Made by a program: the position numbers and the translations under genes. Below the pieces are notes generated by a model, which worked only from the letters and a program-made list of their open reading frames with translations, was not told the DNA's origin and made no database searches. From a virus (lineage: Duplodnaviria > Caudoviricetes), in IMG/VR virus record IMGVR_UViG_3300046103_002570, positions 1 to 28,912 of that record: a stretch of 28,912 bases of DNA; one strand, 5' to 3'. Positions 9,001 through 16,700 of this stretch are shown here, piece after piece. Each line of letters starts with the position of its first letter. Within the stretch, counting starts at the first letter, position 1.

Positions 9001-11327
9001 ACCCGGTTTATTGAACTCGAGAGATGTGGGGCGGCCTGCTGCAGCTCGGCAAAGACCTCTTCTGCAATTGCATTGGCCTGGTCATCTTTGGTTTGGAATT
9101 CCTCGGCCTCGGCCTCAATGCGCGCAATCACGTCATCTGCCGACTTCGCCGACAACTCTCGGGCTTCCTGCAGCTCTGCTTCACTCGCCTGCTTCTCTGC
9201 AATGCGCATGTGAGGCATCAGCTTCGCCTCAAGCGGAGTGCCGGAAATGGCTGTCGCGTAAAGCCCAAGGTCTATTACTACGTCGATACCGGGCGCTGCA
9301 TCCAGGTCGCTTCTGAACTGCTCTAACGCTTTATCGGGGTCTTCGATCCCGAATACGCTGAAGAATTCCCTATGATCGACATCTCCGTTCTGGAATAGAA
9401 TGTCCAGACTCTCGGCTGAGATCATGGGCGATATAGCTGCCTCGTTGGTGTCGTTTACGAAGGCTCTCGCTACGTCTGGGTCGCGCTTTGAAAGTGAAGC
9501 CACGCCACCAGTCGACTCATTCAACTGCTCAAGATACGTCCGAGCGTCAGTGCCTTTGGGCGGGTTGATGTCTGCGACATTGTCTAACAACTCAGTCGCA
9601 ACCTTTGCTGTGCCACCGATGAGAAGAGATGTCACCCCGCCCACCCTGGCCGAAGTAACCATCTCTTCAAACGTCTTGGCGTTGAATACCTCGTCAATGG
9701 ATGTGGAAATATCCTTACCGTCTACAAACCGTCTCATTAGTGCGTCTAGGATTAACGCGGACAAGGTCTGGCTGACCTCTGTGGCAGCCTCTACACCAGC
9801 ACCTTGAATGACCTCACCCAAAGGAGAGTGCGCCATTCGCTTCAGCGCACCGGGGTCATTCCTGAACTCCAGCAGCAGCGTCTTCATCTGGGATCTGACC
9901 TGGGCTGTGCCGACTAGCCTAGAAAGACCGCTCTTACTCAGCCCGACTTTGTCGCTAACAATTTCCATAAACGCTTCAATTGCAGCCACTGAATTTGCGT
10001 GTATCAACCTGACGGGATGGTTCGCGGGGAACTGTTTCGTAGGCGCAGTTCGCGGGTCGTCTATCCCCGACTTGAACGCGCCGCCAGAACTCACGTCCCA
10101 GTATTGCGTTGCGCCACCGTAAGTGGCTGCGGCTTTTGTCGCGTGCTTGCCAACAAAGTTCGCAACTTTCAGAGTTCTGCCCTGTGGACTGAATCCCGCA
10201 ATTAAGCTAAGGCCCTGCGCAGCCGTCACCATCGAGTAACTGATACCGGCGAACTTGGCACTGCTGCCAGCCGCATCCAGCATCAACGGAGCCACACCCG
10301 CAACGTCACCTATATTTGAAGCGACGGAGGGCGTTGTGCCTAGTGCGTCCACTTCGTCTTGCAGCTTCTCCCTTTCCCCTGCAATTTCAGATAGCCTCGC
10401 CTGAGCGGAAGGGTCTACCGAGGCCCCACCGAAAGTGGCGACCTTTATGTCATTCCAAATCCTCGATTCGTCATTGTCGAGAACTGCAATCTTCCAGCGT
10501 AAAGCGACGTTTCGTGCAGCATCACCAGGCGATTCACCGCCTAGCACCAACTCCTGTGCGTCATCCCCAATAGACAGTGCAAGGCCCCATAGCGGACCTA
10601 GCCTGGTGCCGTTGACGCTATAATCCGTAGCGAGGTTGAATATACTTTCAGCACCGGCTGACAATCCAGAGACAAACTGGCGAGCTGCTATCGACATGTT
10701 CTTACGATGCTGACCGGCGTCGAACTCCACCAAGGATTTACTACGCTCGGGCGTCGACGAGCCTATCACCGAACCGCGATCACGATCGTTCAGTGTCGAC
10801 CGAGCAAAAGAAGTACCAGCGTGCTTCTGCGTCACGTTCACAAACGATGAGAGGTCAGCGCGAATATCGTTCGTCAACAGCGCGTTGTGGCTGGACGCAG
10901 ACATCCAATCAGCCACCGGCTTGTTCACGGGATCGTTCAGCCACAGCGACGTACTGTCATCCGTAGCGCGCTTGCTCATGATCGCTCTAGCTGCTGGGTC
11001 TTCGGGGATGTAAGGCAGGTAGCCGTAGTCGATCGCGATCTTGCGCTGATCAGCAAAGTCATCAGGGTCGACAGGTGGCCCTGTACTCAGCAGTGCATTG
11101 GTCGCGGCATGAACTTCTTGCTTCTCCCGAAACTCAGCATGAATCGACGCTTCAAGTTCTGCGAGCGGATCGGAGCCACCGTCGACACCGGGCGCAGCAG
11201 CCTTGTTGCTGGCGAGCTGCTTTCGATTCATCTCGGCGATCACATCGGCTTCAAGATCTACGACTTTAGCCGTAGGCGGCTCCTCGATTAGCGGCTCATC
11301 TTCAACGCCGTCAGTCGCTACGCTCAT
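45..11327 (-). CDS. Giant internal virion/ejection protein (3760 aa), large polyvalent protein
   Basis: Uninterrupted ORF, last and largest of three internal-virion genes after the nozzle (T7 gp16 position). Motifs include GAGVEAATEVSQ, FHGTPH...GWGLYFA (ART-like) and STFFHEGLGH...EKLARAMEQY...APS (zincin). Start overlaps the upstream stop (TAATG). Confidence 0.9.
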   Translation of the reverse strand: MSVATDGVEDEPLIEEPPTAKVVDLEADVIAEMNRKQLASNKAAAPGVDGGSDPLAELEASIHAEFREKQEVHAATNALLSTGPPVDPDDFADQRKIAIDYGYLPYIPEDPAARAIMSKRATDDSTSLWLNDPVNKPVADWMSASSHNALLTNDIRADLSSFVNVTQKHAGTSFARSTLNDRDRGSVIGSSTPERSKSLVEFDAGQHRKNMSIAARQFVSGLSAGAESIFNLATDYSVNGTRLGPLWGLALSIGDDAQELVLGGESPGDAARNVALRWKIAVLDNDESRIWNDIKVATFGGASVDPSAQARLSEIAGEREKLQDEVDALGTTPSVASNIGDVAGVAPLMLDAAGSSAKFAGISYSMVTAAQGLSLIAGFSPQGRTLKVANFVGKHATKAAATYGGATQYWDVSSGGAFKSGIDDPRTAPTKQFPANHPVRLIHANSVAAIEAFMEIVSDKVGLSKSGLSRLVGTAQVRSQMKTLLLEFRNDPGALKRMAHSPLGEVIQGAGVEAATEVSQTLSALILDALMRRFVDGKDISTSIDEVFNAKTFEEMVTSARVGGVTSLLIGGTAKVATELLDNVADINPPKGTDARTYLEQLNESTGGVASLSKRDPDVARAFVNDTNEAAISPMISAESLDILFQNGDVDHREFFSVFGIEDPDKALEQFRSDLDAAPGIDVVIDLGLYATAISGTPLEAKLMPHMRIAEKQASEAELQEARELSAKSADDVIARIEAEAEEFQTKDDQANAIAEEVFAELQQAAPHLSSSINRVGSQLFGRMIVNIAERENISPEVLAEKVGRIIVTGFKDQAVAGEQQSAQSPEQAALRQELADATSELESLQAQETGGTAPEAAAEGAPVVPSVEPTALQAFPEMNEVDGGGYSINGFSPREQASLRAAGLVSVNSEGHTVVSEEGLWEAREALQALPRAEREQSLEESQARAFEPFEEAAPAEGAVVGNWEELPRGADNWEQLPDGRLVGYRVSRSVDGRAVSGADARQSSAMEPGAQVEFEGDGVFVTNDLEYAKTHYGVHDENAVQRVSFSRDDVTSGRLADAEPEISVRSGEVIGSDVFTDPDLAPTPRAAALTAAQERVQTLTAQLDELSDPNVFHQPASFEPRTETPQEGFSAIPIGRIETEFRDLVDSVGVDDLTAETLAGVTGSPRPRGVKKGNDARKFLANLPKERKKLNAKLKAAKSDAEKKRIQKKLDDLKVKAKKKKVDLAREEDLSSLDSRVKPRSFAELSEFIEIAMGEAGDQSDWYKQFGEGIRGLVGRANLQEASIVFGITSAQNSTRQNLKDTLRIMIIARQHNPLSDPAAFKRAIMKRPEGKGISISSAEVDNIIRMYQSGTYKGGLKVSNYMNLIRDRADNVFSPYTVQDVHMARVMGFLFRNEKTSDKTGITTIVDGAQMPNADSIRYSMFMTELLANKFGIKPDAVQALLWFYAKNHLSPKLPNERALTNLETLYVERQRELNPTPAEDVEGSIEEAMAFSSEEIAELTGLKQNGAFDTEEPLSQALSDGERPHFRSDKQIDPYSNIDLDPDLLDLAQARAPRSTVSANPGQARGYGLPQDTPLSVLQDHERRIVEAITDEDGQVTILRAMGIVHQVGHTLGTWDRIEPSMVFTLPGETIETADFVARLLGDALLQDAAITSQPSWDGQEFAVSFSRKDGSSLTEQEVSDLYEALNPEHSTDGLNFTVSPDGTSLDFRDGRYFDSESYSEEHLAEFLAKISGVLGDSFTATQFGEKGNYHGAEDYTGESGRDSGEVWDRHGLAGRPDLQEIAQRSLYEPAWQVYRDTVAQLGIQPERTEGPLGQPLEQPTTLFQPAFHGTPHRFDKFTLDHIGEGEGAQAFGWGLYFADRRGVANFYREELSSQRRGADTGIEISINGKTVNDKSLIGLGDALSADELQEKLGITRPIQARALENFLEAFSIDGMSSSVTSVLNTWRDQLGILREDLEGDRDLQFDIDEIQSDIWMIEELVAEGLTIEPAGGIFITAPNGASMSFDPDMTITEAVETFGLDNTQASALEDAMFEADTPRSEIGSLQDVLVAWEASFAADPDEHLGDIAALKKLIASGFKLTVSPAGKGQLFEVNIPETEELLDWDLPLSEHSEEVQAKVRSIPEIAGDNLTLQERLERLSTEEIAAILQNNDRNGDYFLVNEDGSPSDFAEHLADEFDEDGVPIITDATRVKWREALIETATDPDQNDGDSLNQYLGAENLLEGFDPNGRTIYQALQARLGGNDKRASNALLVAGLPGLVYDAGRFSGGIAGGKNFVIWDEEAIDVLNTFFQPDGGASAPPRGFIQPGAAGEPSIIGLGEGANASTFFHEGLGHYVEKVLRVLASDPNVSDQLKADYAGLLAYAGVEEGGLLVDPAELQPALADRAAALASGDKVALRNAEKAIDHANRKAEKLARAMEQYVATGEAPSEGLRGAFQRAAKWLRKLYTDLDELTGGQLPDDLVGIFDRVFASDDEIEVAKRKSGLKPAFGSKPEGVSESDWADHQTRTEERQAAYLESLLKKKARIERANQKAILAEDREQLIQLIAEELRKDPIHRARQWLANGQWIDPDEAEPMPEYRKLNAARIEEEFGPAALRALPKHRNGVVGGKRADTWDHIDVARAFGISPEDLINGLSITPTFDDAVNQRVDRAIAEKTADLGDPEQNALDAVHEVEASANFIVNEIRLARKWAKALRAPAAVRKQVAEEGALTPAERNAEVESAQADVEAAQELLEEAAESSDADAVTAAQQEVTSATAALQAAMQRRETANTARPAEDKARREGKQAVEGVKRAERGKSRAFRIAAATLKISQRDTRIAAEEYVRRIPLSQLRPGRFSTQEKRAADRAGRAYLNRDPQALEDAKFDQLFNHFAYRAAKEAQRKMDKVTALSKRKMKPKPLKKILRGNKEIHDHLVAMITGLKLINKKAVPRTATEPMSAAELASEQFAARNDARIIGANVIVTPSTTLADLVVALTEEGHEIAFDHTAVSEAITVGDYKLLSIDELSEVGRAIAQLAHIAGGDLKIKLGGIDLFVDALKEELITTAEQRHQSERRPDGTVPHKDETIKGRLMRFKSLSWAWSKKTSTMAWYMDGGVANGPWQRLLVQAVNETTLQENQMKQDFSDDLAEAFEAAGFSNKTAAGRAEMRKFGDKLIPIPAIGRALTQEQILAVILQLGNKHNRDAMQAGWANYKWSHGKLTDAQLDAILSLPEAEKLVDLAVGIGAMLQRRQTMVFDVNERATQIRPEAVVPQPFTLPSGRVVPGFYYPLARDPEVRLGVKEQVETQDLKDQYQVHRGGPMTSHGHTMGRKVFGDKNAVFLSLLPLYEAMNQIAHDTAQREYVIATRKILYSEKIEGVFRDLNREDELVALKEWLKNLAGSSTTVQSPTVRVARQVRQNESVSILGGSMTTLAMQPSAIFDMMSRVGPANMSRAAWEFMGNFNETVSFAFEFGTALPFRANAWNREIAQKASQLKPDARLDNWNAWLMQWVAKMDLLPTVWSWQAAYIQAFNDIEETRGNESLSAAYADRLTEITQSANQVKDLSRVMAQKDEMTQWLTWFGGFLNSRLNSMWELNREVYEFHRVSQLSYLNRMMFLFVVTPSLVALSRGREPDDDPEDEWWVNWGKFVGVNTVSEVSGLLPVAGPVLSSVIVGRRGGNHPALEEAERMVAAIAKFPEMLDPRGKTIIEQFDPAIDLLLGAASLKGVGGVIQIRREIGVWNKYLRGEYNLDEWEQLPDFVKDVLFGTHRVKKGQGK
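3960..4410 (-). other. Zincin-like metallopeptidase (MPTase) domain within the giant protein
   Basis: RGFIQP...IIGLGEGANASTFFHEGLGHY (H2334, E2335, H2339), then AEKLARAMEQYVATGEAPS...AFQRAAKWLRKLY; pattern typical of polyvalent-protein MPTases. Confidence 0.7.
4450..5840 (-). other. Split H-Y-type ADP-ribosyltransferase-like domain (ART-PolyVal-like) within the giant protein
   Basis: AFHGTPHRFDKF (H1833), GEGAQAFGWGLYFAD (Y1861), ANFY (Y1872), then after insertions GQLFEVNIP and GLPGLVY...KNFVIWDE. Confidence 0.65.
5864..6064 (-). CDS. Putative overprinted 66-aa ORF nested in the +1 frame of the giant gene
   Basis: GAGAAGGGG-AACTATC-ATG (SD-like, 7-nt spacing) at 6064, TAG at 5866-5864. Product MAQKITRERAAEIAAKYGIATASPDDPIYKRSPSVRFTSR... 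has a protein-like amphipathic N-terminus. Confidence 0.45.
   Translation of the reverse strand: MAQKITRERAAEIAAKYGIATASPDDPIYKRSPSVRFTSRHGKSTETPLPNSESSQSEPKAPSDNR
6340..6655 (-). other. SAM-lyase-like (ferredoxin-fold) domain within the giant protein
   Basis: TVSANP...LGTWDRIEPSMVF...ADFVARLLGDALLQDAAI follows the VSA / G-x-aromatic...E-x-S/T / VARL-x6-QD pattern I recall for phage T3 SAMase. Confidence 0.4.
6975..7560 (-). other. HhH DNA-glycosylase-like domain (DUF7178-like) within the giant protein
   Basis: DWY (W1264)...GITSAQNSTRQN...GLKVSNYMNLI...TVQDVHMAR (D1383)...PDAVQALLW. The DVHxxR and QAxxW elements match HhH-GPD-like phage domains. Confidence 0.55.
8100..8400 (-). other. R-S/T-E-type ADP-ribosyltransferase-like domain within the giant protein
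   Basis: LVGYRV (R987), GVFVTNDLEYAKTHY (T1024) and AEPEISV (E1061/E1063), in the order expected for an ART core. Confidence 0.45.
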
Positions 11328-13204
11328 TAAGGTTGTCCTGGCGCGTGCGTAGCTATCGCATCTTGCAACGCTTTCGCTGCTGCGGTTTCTACCGCGATCT
11401 CCTTGGCCTTCACTGCGTTCCCGTGCCGTGCTCTGAACATCTTCATGATGTACTCATCAGTCGCGACCCCCTTCGCACCGTGGATTTTAGCCCTGATGCT
11501 ACGCTCTATTTGGTAAGGAATGTGGTCCGGTGATTTGATGAGTTCAACGTCGATTGACGTGATGTCACCGTCAAAGTCTAGGTTTCGAGTTTCGATGTCT
11601 TTGTCTCCCAATGTAAGCCATTGGGCAACGTAGGATTTGTTGACGAACAGCATCGTATCCATCACTTCAGTAAGCTGAAGAGACGTTAGCTCCAGACCAC
11701 CTTGCTTCGACACCTCGTATGCAATTGCTTCGTCAAACTCACGCCCAAGATCGTTGAACAGGATACTCTTTTCATTAGCATCGTTGACCCCGGAAAGGCC
11801 CTTCATTGCGGCCAATGCGTTACCACCATCCGTGAGTATGGCGTCGTATGACCGACCCTGCTCAGTCTTGATAGGCTCTTTATTCGACACCTTGTCCCAC
11901 ATCTTCGTCAACACCCCCATCTGCCCACCGCCCACACTGCCATCGTCGTATTTTGCAAATGTGTGGAACGAGTCGATGAACTGTTGCCTGTCTTTTTCGT
12001 CGGATGACCTGGCAAGTCGCTTCAGCTCGAGAACCTCCCCGTAGTCTACCGGTGGGGGTGGTACGGCTGCCTCATGGTCATCGATCAACTTCTCCATCGT
12101 GTCTTGGAACTTAGGCAGAACGATGCCCGTGGCTTCAAGCACCGCCTCACGGGCCTTATCGTATTGTCCATCCGCGACCAGATCGCGGATATTGGTGTGA
12201 AGGGCGACTGAGTCCTCTGTCTGCAACTTCTTGGCTGCCGCGTCAGCCGCTTCAATCGTCGCCTTCACTAGCTTGGTCGCTGCTCGTCGCTCTGGCTCTG
12301 AAGTAGACAGCCCTACAGCCATTGCCACAACCTGGGCCTGGGTCATCTCGCCGCCGTTACCCTTCCATTGCTCTAAGGCCGTTTCGGCATTTCTCCTGCC
12401 ACCGCCCAGTGCAACCTTTCCTTCAGTGACCGTTAGCAACCTTGCGTATTTATTTCCGAGTTCTTCCCTGAACTGCTCGACGAGAACCATGGCCTCACCC
12501 GGATCTTCGCGCGATGTACGGGTGATGACTTCATGAAGCACTTCAGAGGTTATACCTTCTGCCTTGGCATCCTTCCCGTCTGGGCTCAGCCCAGGCTCCG
12601 CGTAGACAATGTTTCTGAGGTCGACAAGATGGACCAAGACATCGTCAATGCTGGCGAAGCTGTCCTCGGCTCGGGCTTGCACCTGGTCTATCTCTGCATT
12701 GTCTGATTCCGCTTTCGCAACCAGTCGCTGCGCGGCCTCATGCTTCGACATCGTCCCCGAGATCGACTCAACCTGGCTTTGGAAAGGTTCCACAGTGAGT
12801 TTTACCTGGGCGTCGGTCAGACCTTCGATCGATTCGTCATAGATCTTCTTGGCGTTCCGGGTTGCGTCTACAGTCACGCCGGGGAATGCATTCGGATCGT
12901 CTTGGTCCGGGGATGGCATCGACTGCTTGCCGGTTGTCGTAAGTAGCTGCGCGTTGTGCTCATTGACCTTCAATGTGAAATTGTGCATCGCATCTCTTGC
13001 GTGGATAGCATCATCCTGCTGCCGCATTCTCGTCGCAGTGTTGAATGTGGCTAAGCCAGTACCCGTCGCTTGGTTGCCCGCTTGGATAAACGCGCTGGCA
13101 ACCGCGCCCTCCCCTCTTCGCGCTTGGTCAAGTGGTGTCTGGCGCGAGCCGATATCGGCAAGTGCGACCCGTGGTCCAACATGCTCTGGGATCGATATGC
13201 TCAT
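11327..13204 (-). CDS. Internal virion/ejection protein (625 aa; T7 gp15-like position)
   Basis: Helical Ala/Glu-rich protein between the small and giant internal virion genes; 1-bp start/stop overlaps on both sides; no enzyme motif recognised. Confidence 0.7.
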   Translation of the reverse strand: MSISIPEHVGPRVALADIGSRQTPLDQARRGEGAVASAFIQAGNQATGTGLATFNTATRMRQQDDAIHARDAMHNFTLKVNEHNAQLLTTTGKQSMPSPDQDDPNAFPGVTVDATRNAKKIYDESIEGLTDAQVKLTVEPFQSQVESISGTMSKHEAAQRLVAKAESDNAEIDQVQARAEDSFASIDDVLVHLVDLRNIVYAEPGLSPDGKDAKAEGITSEVLHEVITRTSREDPGEAMVLVEQFREELGNKYARLLTVTEGKVALGGGRRNAETALEQWKGNGGEMTQAQVVAMAVGLSTSEPERRAATKLVKATIEAADAAAKKLQTEDSVALHTNIRDLVADGQYDKAREAVLEATGIVLPKFQDTMEKLIDDHEAAVPPPPVDYGEVLELKRLARSSDEKDRQQFIDSFHTFAKYDDGSVGGGQMGVLTKMWDKVSNKEPIKTEQGRSYDAILTDGGNALAAMKGLSGVNDANEKSILFNDLGREFDEAIAYEVSKQGGLELTSLQLTEVMDTMLFVNKSYVAQWLTLGDKDIETRNLDFDGDITSIDVELIKSPDHIPYQIERSIRAKIHGAKGVATDEYIMKMFRARHGNAVKAKEIAVETAAAKALQDAIATHAPGQP

Positions 13205-13713
13205 CAGCCTTTACTCGACGCGTAAGCGTTAGCCAATGAACCCGCGTTACTGACTGAGCTTGCTATACCACTGATGAATTGAGCAGACCCCTGTGCTCTG
13301 ATCCGTGCCGCCGCCGCGTTCCCCCCAGCCCTCGCAACCCTCGATTGATGCGCCAGGTCAGCGATCTCGTTCATCCCGTTGGTGTGTAGAGTCATGGCGT
13401 CTTCCGCGATAGAAGCCGCCGTGTAATCCCTAACCTCGGCAGCAGATCCGAAGTCGGTGTTGATCATGCCCGCTGCGAGTGCTGCATCTTGCGACCCCAC
13501 GAACTTAGCCGATGCGAAGTAGTGACTACGCTGGGCTTGCAGGCTGCGCTGCTGAGCATTGGCAGCCTTCAGCATGAAACCCTCTGCATTTAGATTGGCT
13601 ATCTTCGCTGCCCTGGCGGCGGCCTTCTTCGCGGCCTTCTTTGCCTTGATCGATCCGAATATATTCAGACCGAGCCCTGCACCACCGACGACTAGCCCTG
13701 CTATTGCTGCCAT
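13204..13713 (-). CDS. Small internal virion protein (169 aa; T7 gp14-like)
   Basis: Gly/Ala-rich hydrophobic N-terminus (MAAIAGLVVGGAGLGL), GSQDAALAAGMIN...GS motif typical of this family, located directly after the nozzle gene. Confidence 0.75.
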   Translation of the reverse strand: MAAIAGLVVGGAGLGLNIFGSIKAKKAAKKAAARAAKIANLNAEGFMLKAANAQQRSLQAQRSHYFASAKFVGSQDAALAAGMINTDFGSAAEVRDYTAASIAEDAMTLHTNGMNEIADLAHQSRVARAGGNAAAARIRAQGSAQFISGIASSVSNAGSLANAYASSKG

Positions 13714-16700
13714 TATTCATCAACCTCGAATTGTGTGCGAATCGACAGTATGTGGGCAGGTAAGTGCGAAGACTGACGCAAGAAGATTTTGCCTTCCCCC
13801 CACTCCGGCGACACGTTGGTGTGTATTCTCCCACTACGAAGCTCGAGCGCGCTGCCGTACTTCAACGGGATCGTCTTCGCCCAGCGTATGTCCTGCAACG
13901 CATCCGGCCTGGGCCCGATCTTCAGCCCCAGAGTGTTGTTAATAGTGAGCACTGCGCGGTGTGCGCGCATCTGCATCCCCTGCGTGCTCTCAAAAGGTCC
14001 GCCTGGTGCATCGGGCGGCAGTGTCTCTAGGTCAGCCTCAATCGGAAGGCCCACCACGATGCGACTATGCTTGGATGCGAATGTCAGCGTGCCCCCCCTG
14101 CCAACCACCTGATCTTCACCCTCATTGCCATCCAGCAACAAGCCCACCTTAACCCCAGCAAGATGGTCCGCTGCAGCTACGGAGGTTACACATTTATGTA
14201 TAACCAAGGTGCGAGTGTCGACTCCGTCAAACGCTAAGGCACCGTTGACGATTACACCCTCAAGGTCACGGACCATCAAGCTGTCAGCGCCGACTGAGCT
14301 GACGGCGAGTCTCCTACGATGGAACAACCCGTTCGTGATGCCTTCTGCTGTGCGTATCCTGTGTGTGACATCGAACTCGTCACCCACCGAAAACGGGTGG
14401 CCCGACGCAATGAAGAACTCCAGATTGATTGTTTTGTCCAGCTTCGTGCTGACGGGATGCGCATCATCGAATTTGATGGAGGAATCCAAAAACACGGCAT
14501 CCTCTACGTCGATGAAGTCGCGCTGGTCGAAACGCTCAAAGTATCGCTTCGTCACGTTGTTTAGCGTTCGCTTGACGGAGAAGTATGTGTCGGTACGAGG
14601 AAGCGCGGGGACGTTCGCGACACTCTCAAAGTCTCCCAACAACGTGTCATGACGGTGCCATCCAACTACCCCCGCCGCTGCGACGTATGTCATGCCTAGC
14701 AACACGCCGTCGTCCCGAGTCCACCACAGCACATTGTCTGGCGCGTTGCCGCGAGCGGACTCAAGCAGCGTGCGACCGTCAAGTAAGTGACTCGCCAAAG
14801 TGCTCAATGGTGGATCGCCCTGCTTAAAGCTACCCCGGTCAGTGGTCAGGTCACTTTTGATTAGCTCGACCACCGAGGGCCCTTCAGCGGACACGTAGAC
14901 TATCGAGTTGCCGACAACTATTGGCCTCACGTCGGAACTGCCGAATGCCTGTATCCCCACGGCTGTAGCTGTAGGAGTCAGCACTCCGTTGGCGTTACCA
15001 ACAATCTCGAATATTCCCCCCGCAGTAAACGCCAGCAACACTCCGGCTGATATCAAGTGCGTGATCTCATTGACCCCGTCTCCCACTACCTCAAGAGATA
15101 TCGCATCAGTGTCCTTGGGAGGCGAGCTGGTGCCCATCGAGTTATAAGATCTAGTGCGCGTTGCAAATACACCTTGAGGTCGCGTCACTGTATTGCCAAG
15201 GACCAACCGCTGCTGGTGGTAGGTCACCGACTGCGGGAAGTCTCCTACTACAAGGGGGATGACATTACCTGTAGTAGTCACGAAATGCTGTGCGCCGTCC
15301 GTGTATCTAAGCGTGACAAAACCCGGAGTGGGTCCAATCCCTGTATCTTCTAACTCGAATACCTGGTTGTCCAGGGGTGATCCGTTTCCCTCAATGCGAA
15401 CAAAGCTTCCGAATGAAAGGTTGTGCCCCGTTGCGGGGATACTGATAGGGCTGTCGTCGGCTGCTAAATTCAACCCCGAAATGGGGATCGCTGTACCGTC
15501 AACAAAAAACGGGTTGTTGATCACGGGTGGCCGAACGCTCTGGTCTTCTACTGGAGCGATTGCAAGCGTGTTCAGCGTAGTGCTCGGTGCCGCAGTGATC
15601 GAGACCAGACCTATCGAGTTAGTGTTAGCCCGAGATACATACACGTTGTACTCGAATGCATTCGGCACAGATGCCCATGAAACATTTATAGCGCCGCCTG
15701 TTGGGATGTATCTCTCGGCTGCAATACTCTCCTCGCCCGTATCCTTTGCAACCGATGTAACCTTCATCCAGTGGGTGCCGGTGCCCCCCGCGCCAGGTGC
15801 AGCAGGGAGTATATCGGTAGGCGGGGTAATACTGGGCAGGAAATTGGTGCTGCTGAACACCCAATTGCCAGAGCTGTTCCTCGTCAACTTTCGCGGCGTT
15901 CTCCCAGGACAGGTTATCGACATTGTCTTCCCATCCTGGGCCCTGGCGTATCTTAATGTCGGAAGCTCAGCAGCGGAGTACGGCGTGTTCTGGATAACGT
16001 ACCTGCTGGCAGTGACAACGGTGGCCCCTTGCCCAAGTACCGCAGCCACATCGCCGCCAGTGTTGTCGAGGTGGATTTTCTTTCGGTTGACTTTCCCGAC
16101 CTGGACAAAGGTTGCAGGCGGGTAGACCACTGTGTCGGTTGTGTTGATGTATGCGCTTGTTCCCAAGCTAAGCAACTTGACCCGCGTGGCTGAAGTCACC
16201 TCGACCCTGAATGTTTGGCCTTGTAGTCCGTCCATGCCTACGAGATTCGTGAATCCGATGCGCATAGACCCGCTGATCCCGTGAGGCACTCCAAAAACGA
16301 TCTCAGTTTGGGCGGCGTTATTCATGCTGATCACGTTGGCCGGTTCGGGTATCAAGACCGGGTCTAGCGTTATCCTGTATCGCTTCTCGCCGTGGTCCTG
16401 AAAGAATAAAGTGTTGAACGTGGAGAGGTATATCTCGTCATTGTCGAACCAGTCATGATTGTCGACAAGGGTCAATGACAACGGCTCGCCTAAAGCTGGA
16501 TACTCCACCACGGCGACTGTCATCGGATCTTCTAGTACCAGCGCACCGTCCCGTGCAATCATCAAGTGATTGTTCCCGAGAATTATGGCGTAGGCATCGT
16601 TCTTCCCAAACTCGAATGGGATGATCCGAATTCTAGAACTCGCGTCGACCTTGTAGAACGTGCCTACATATGACACCAGTTCAGAGCTGGAATCGTATCC

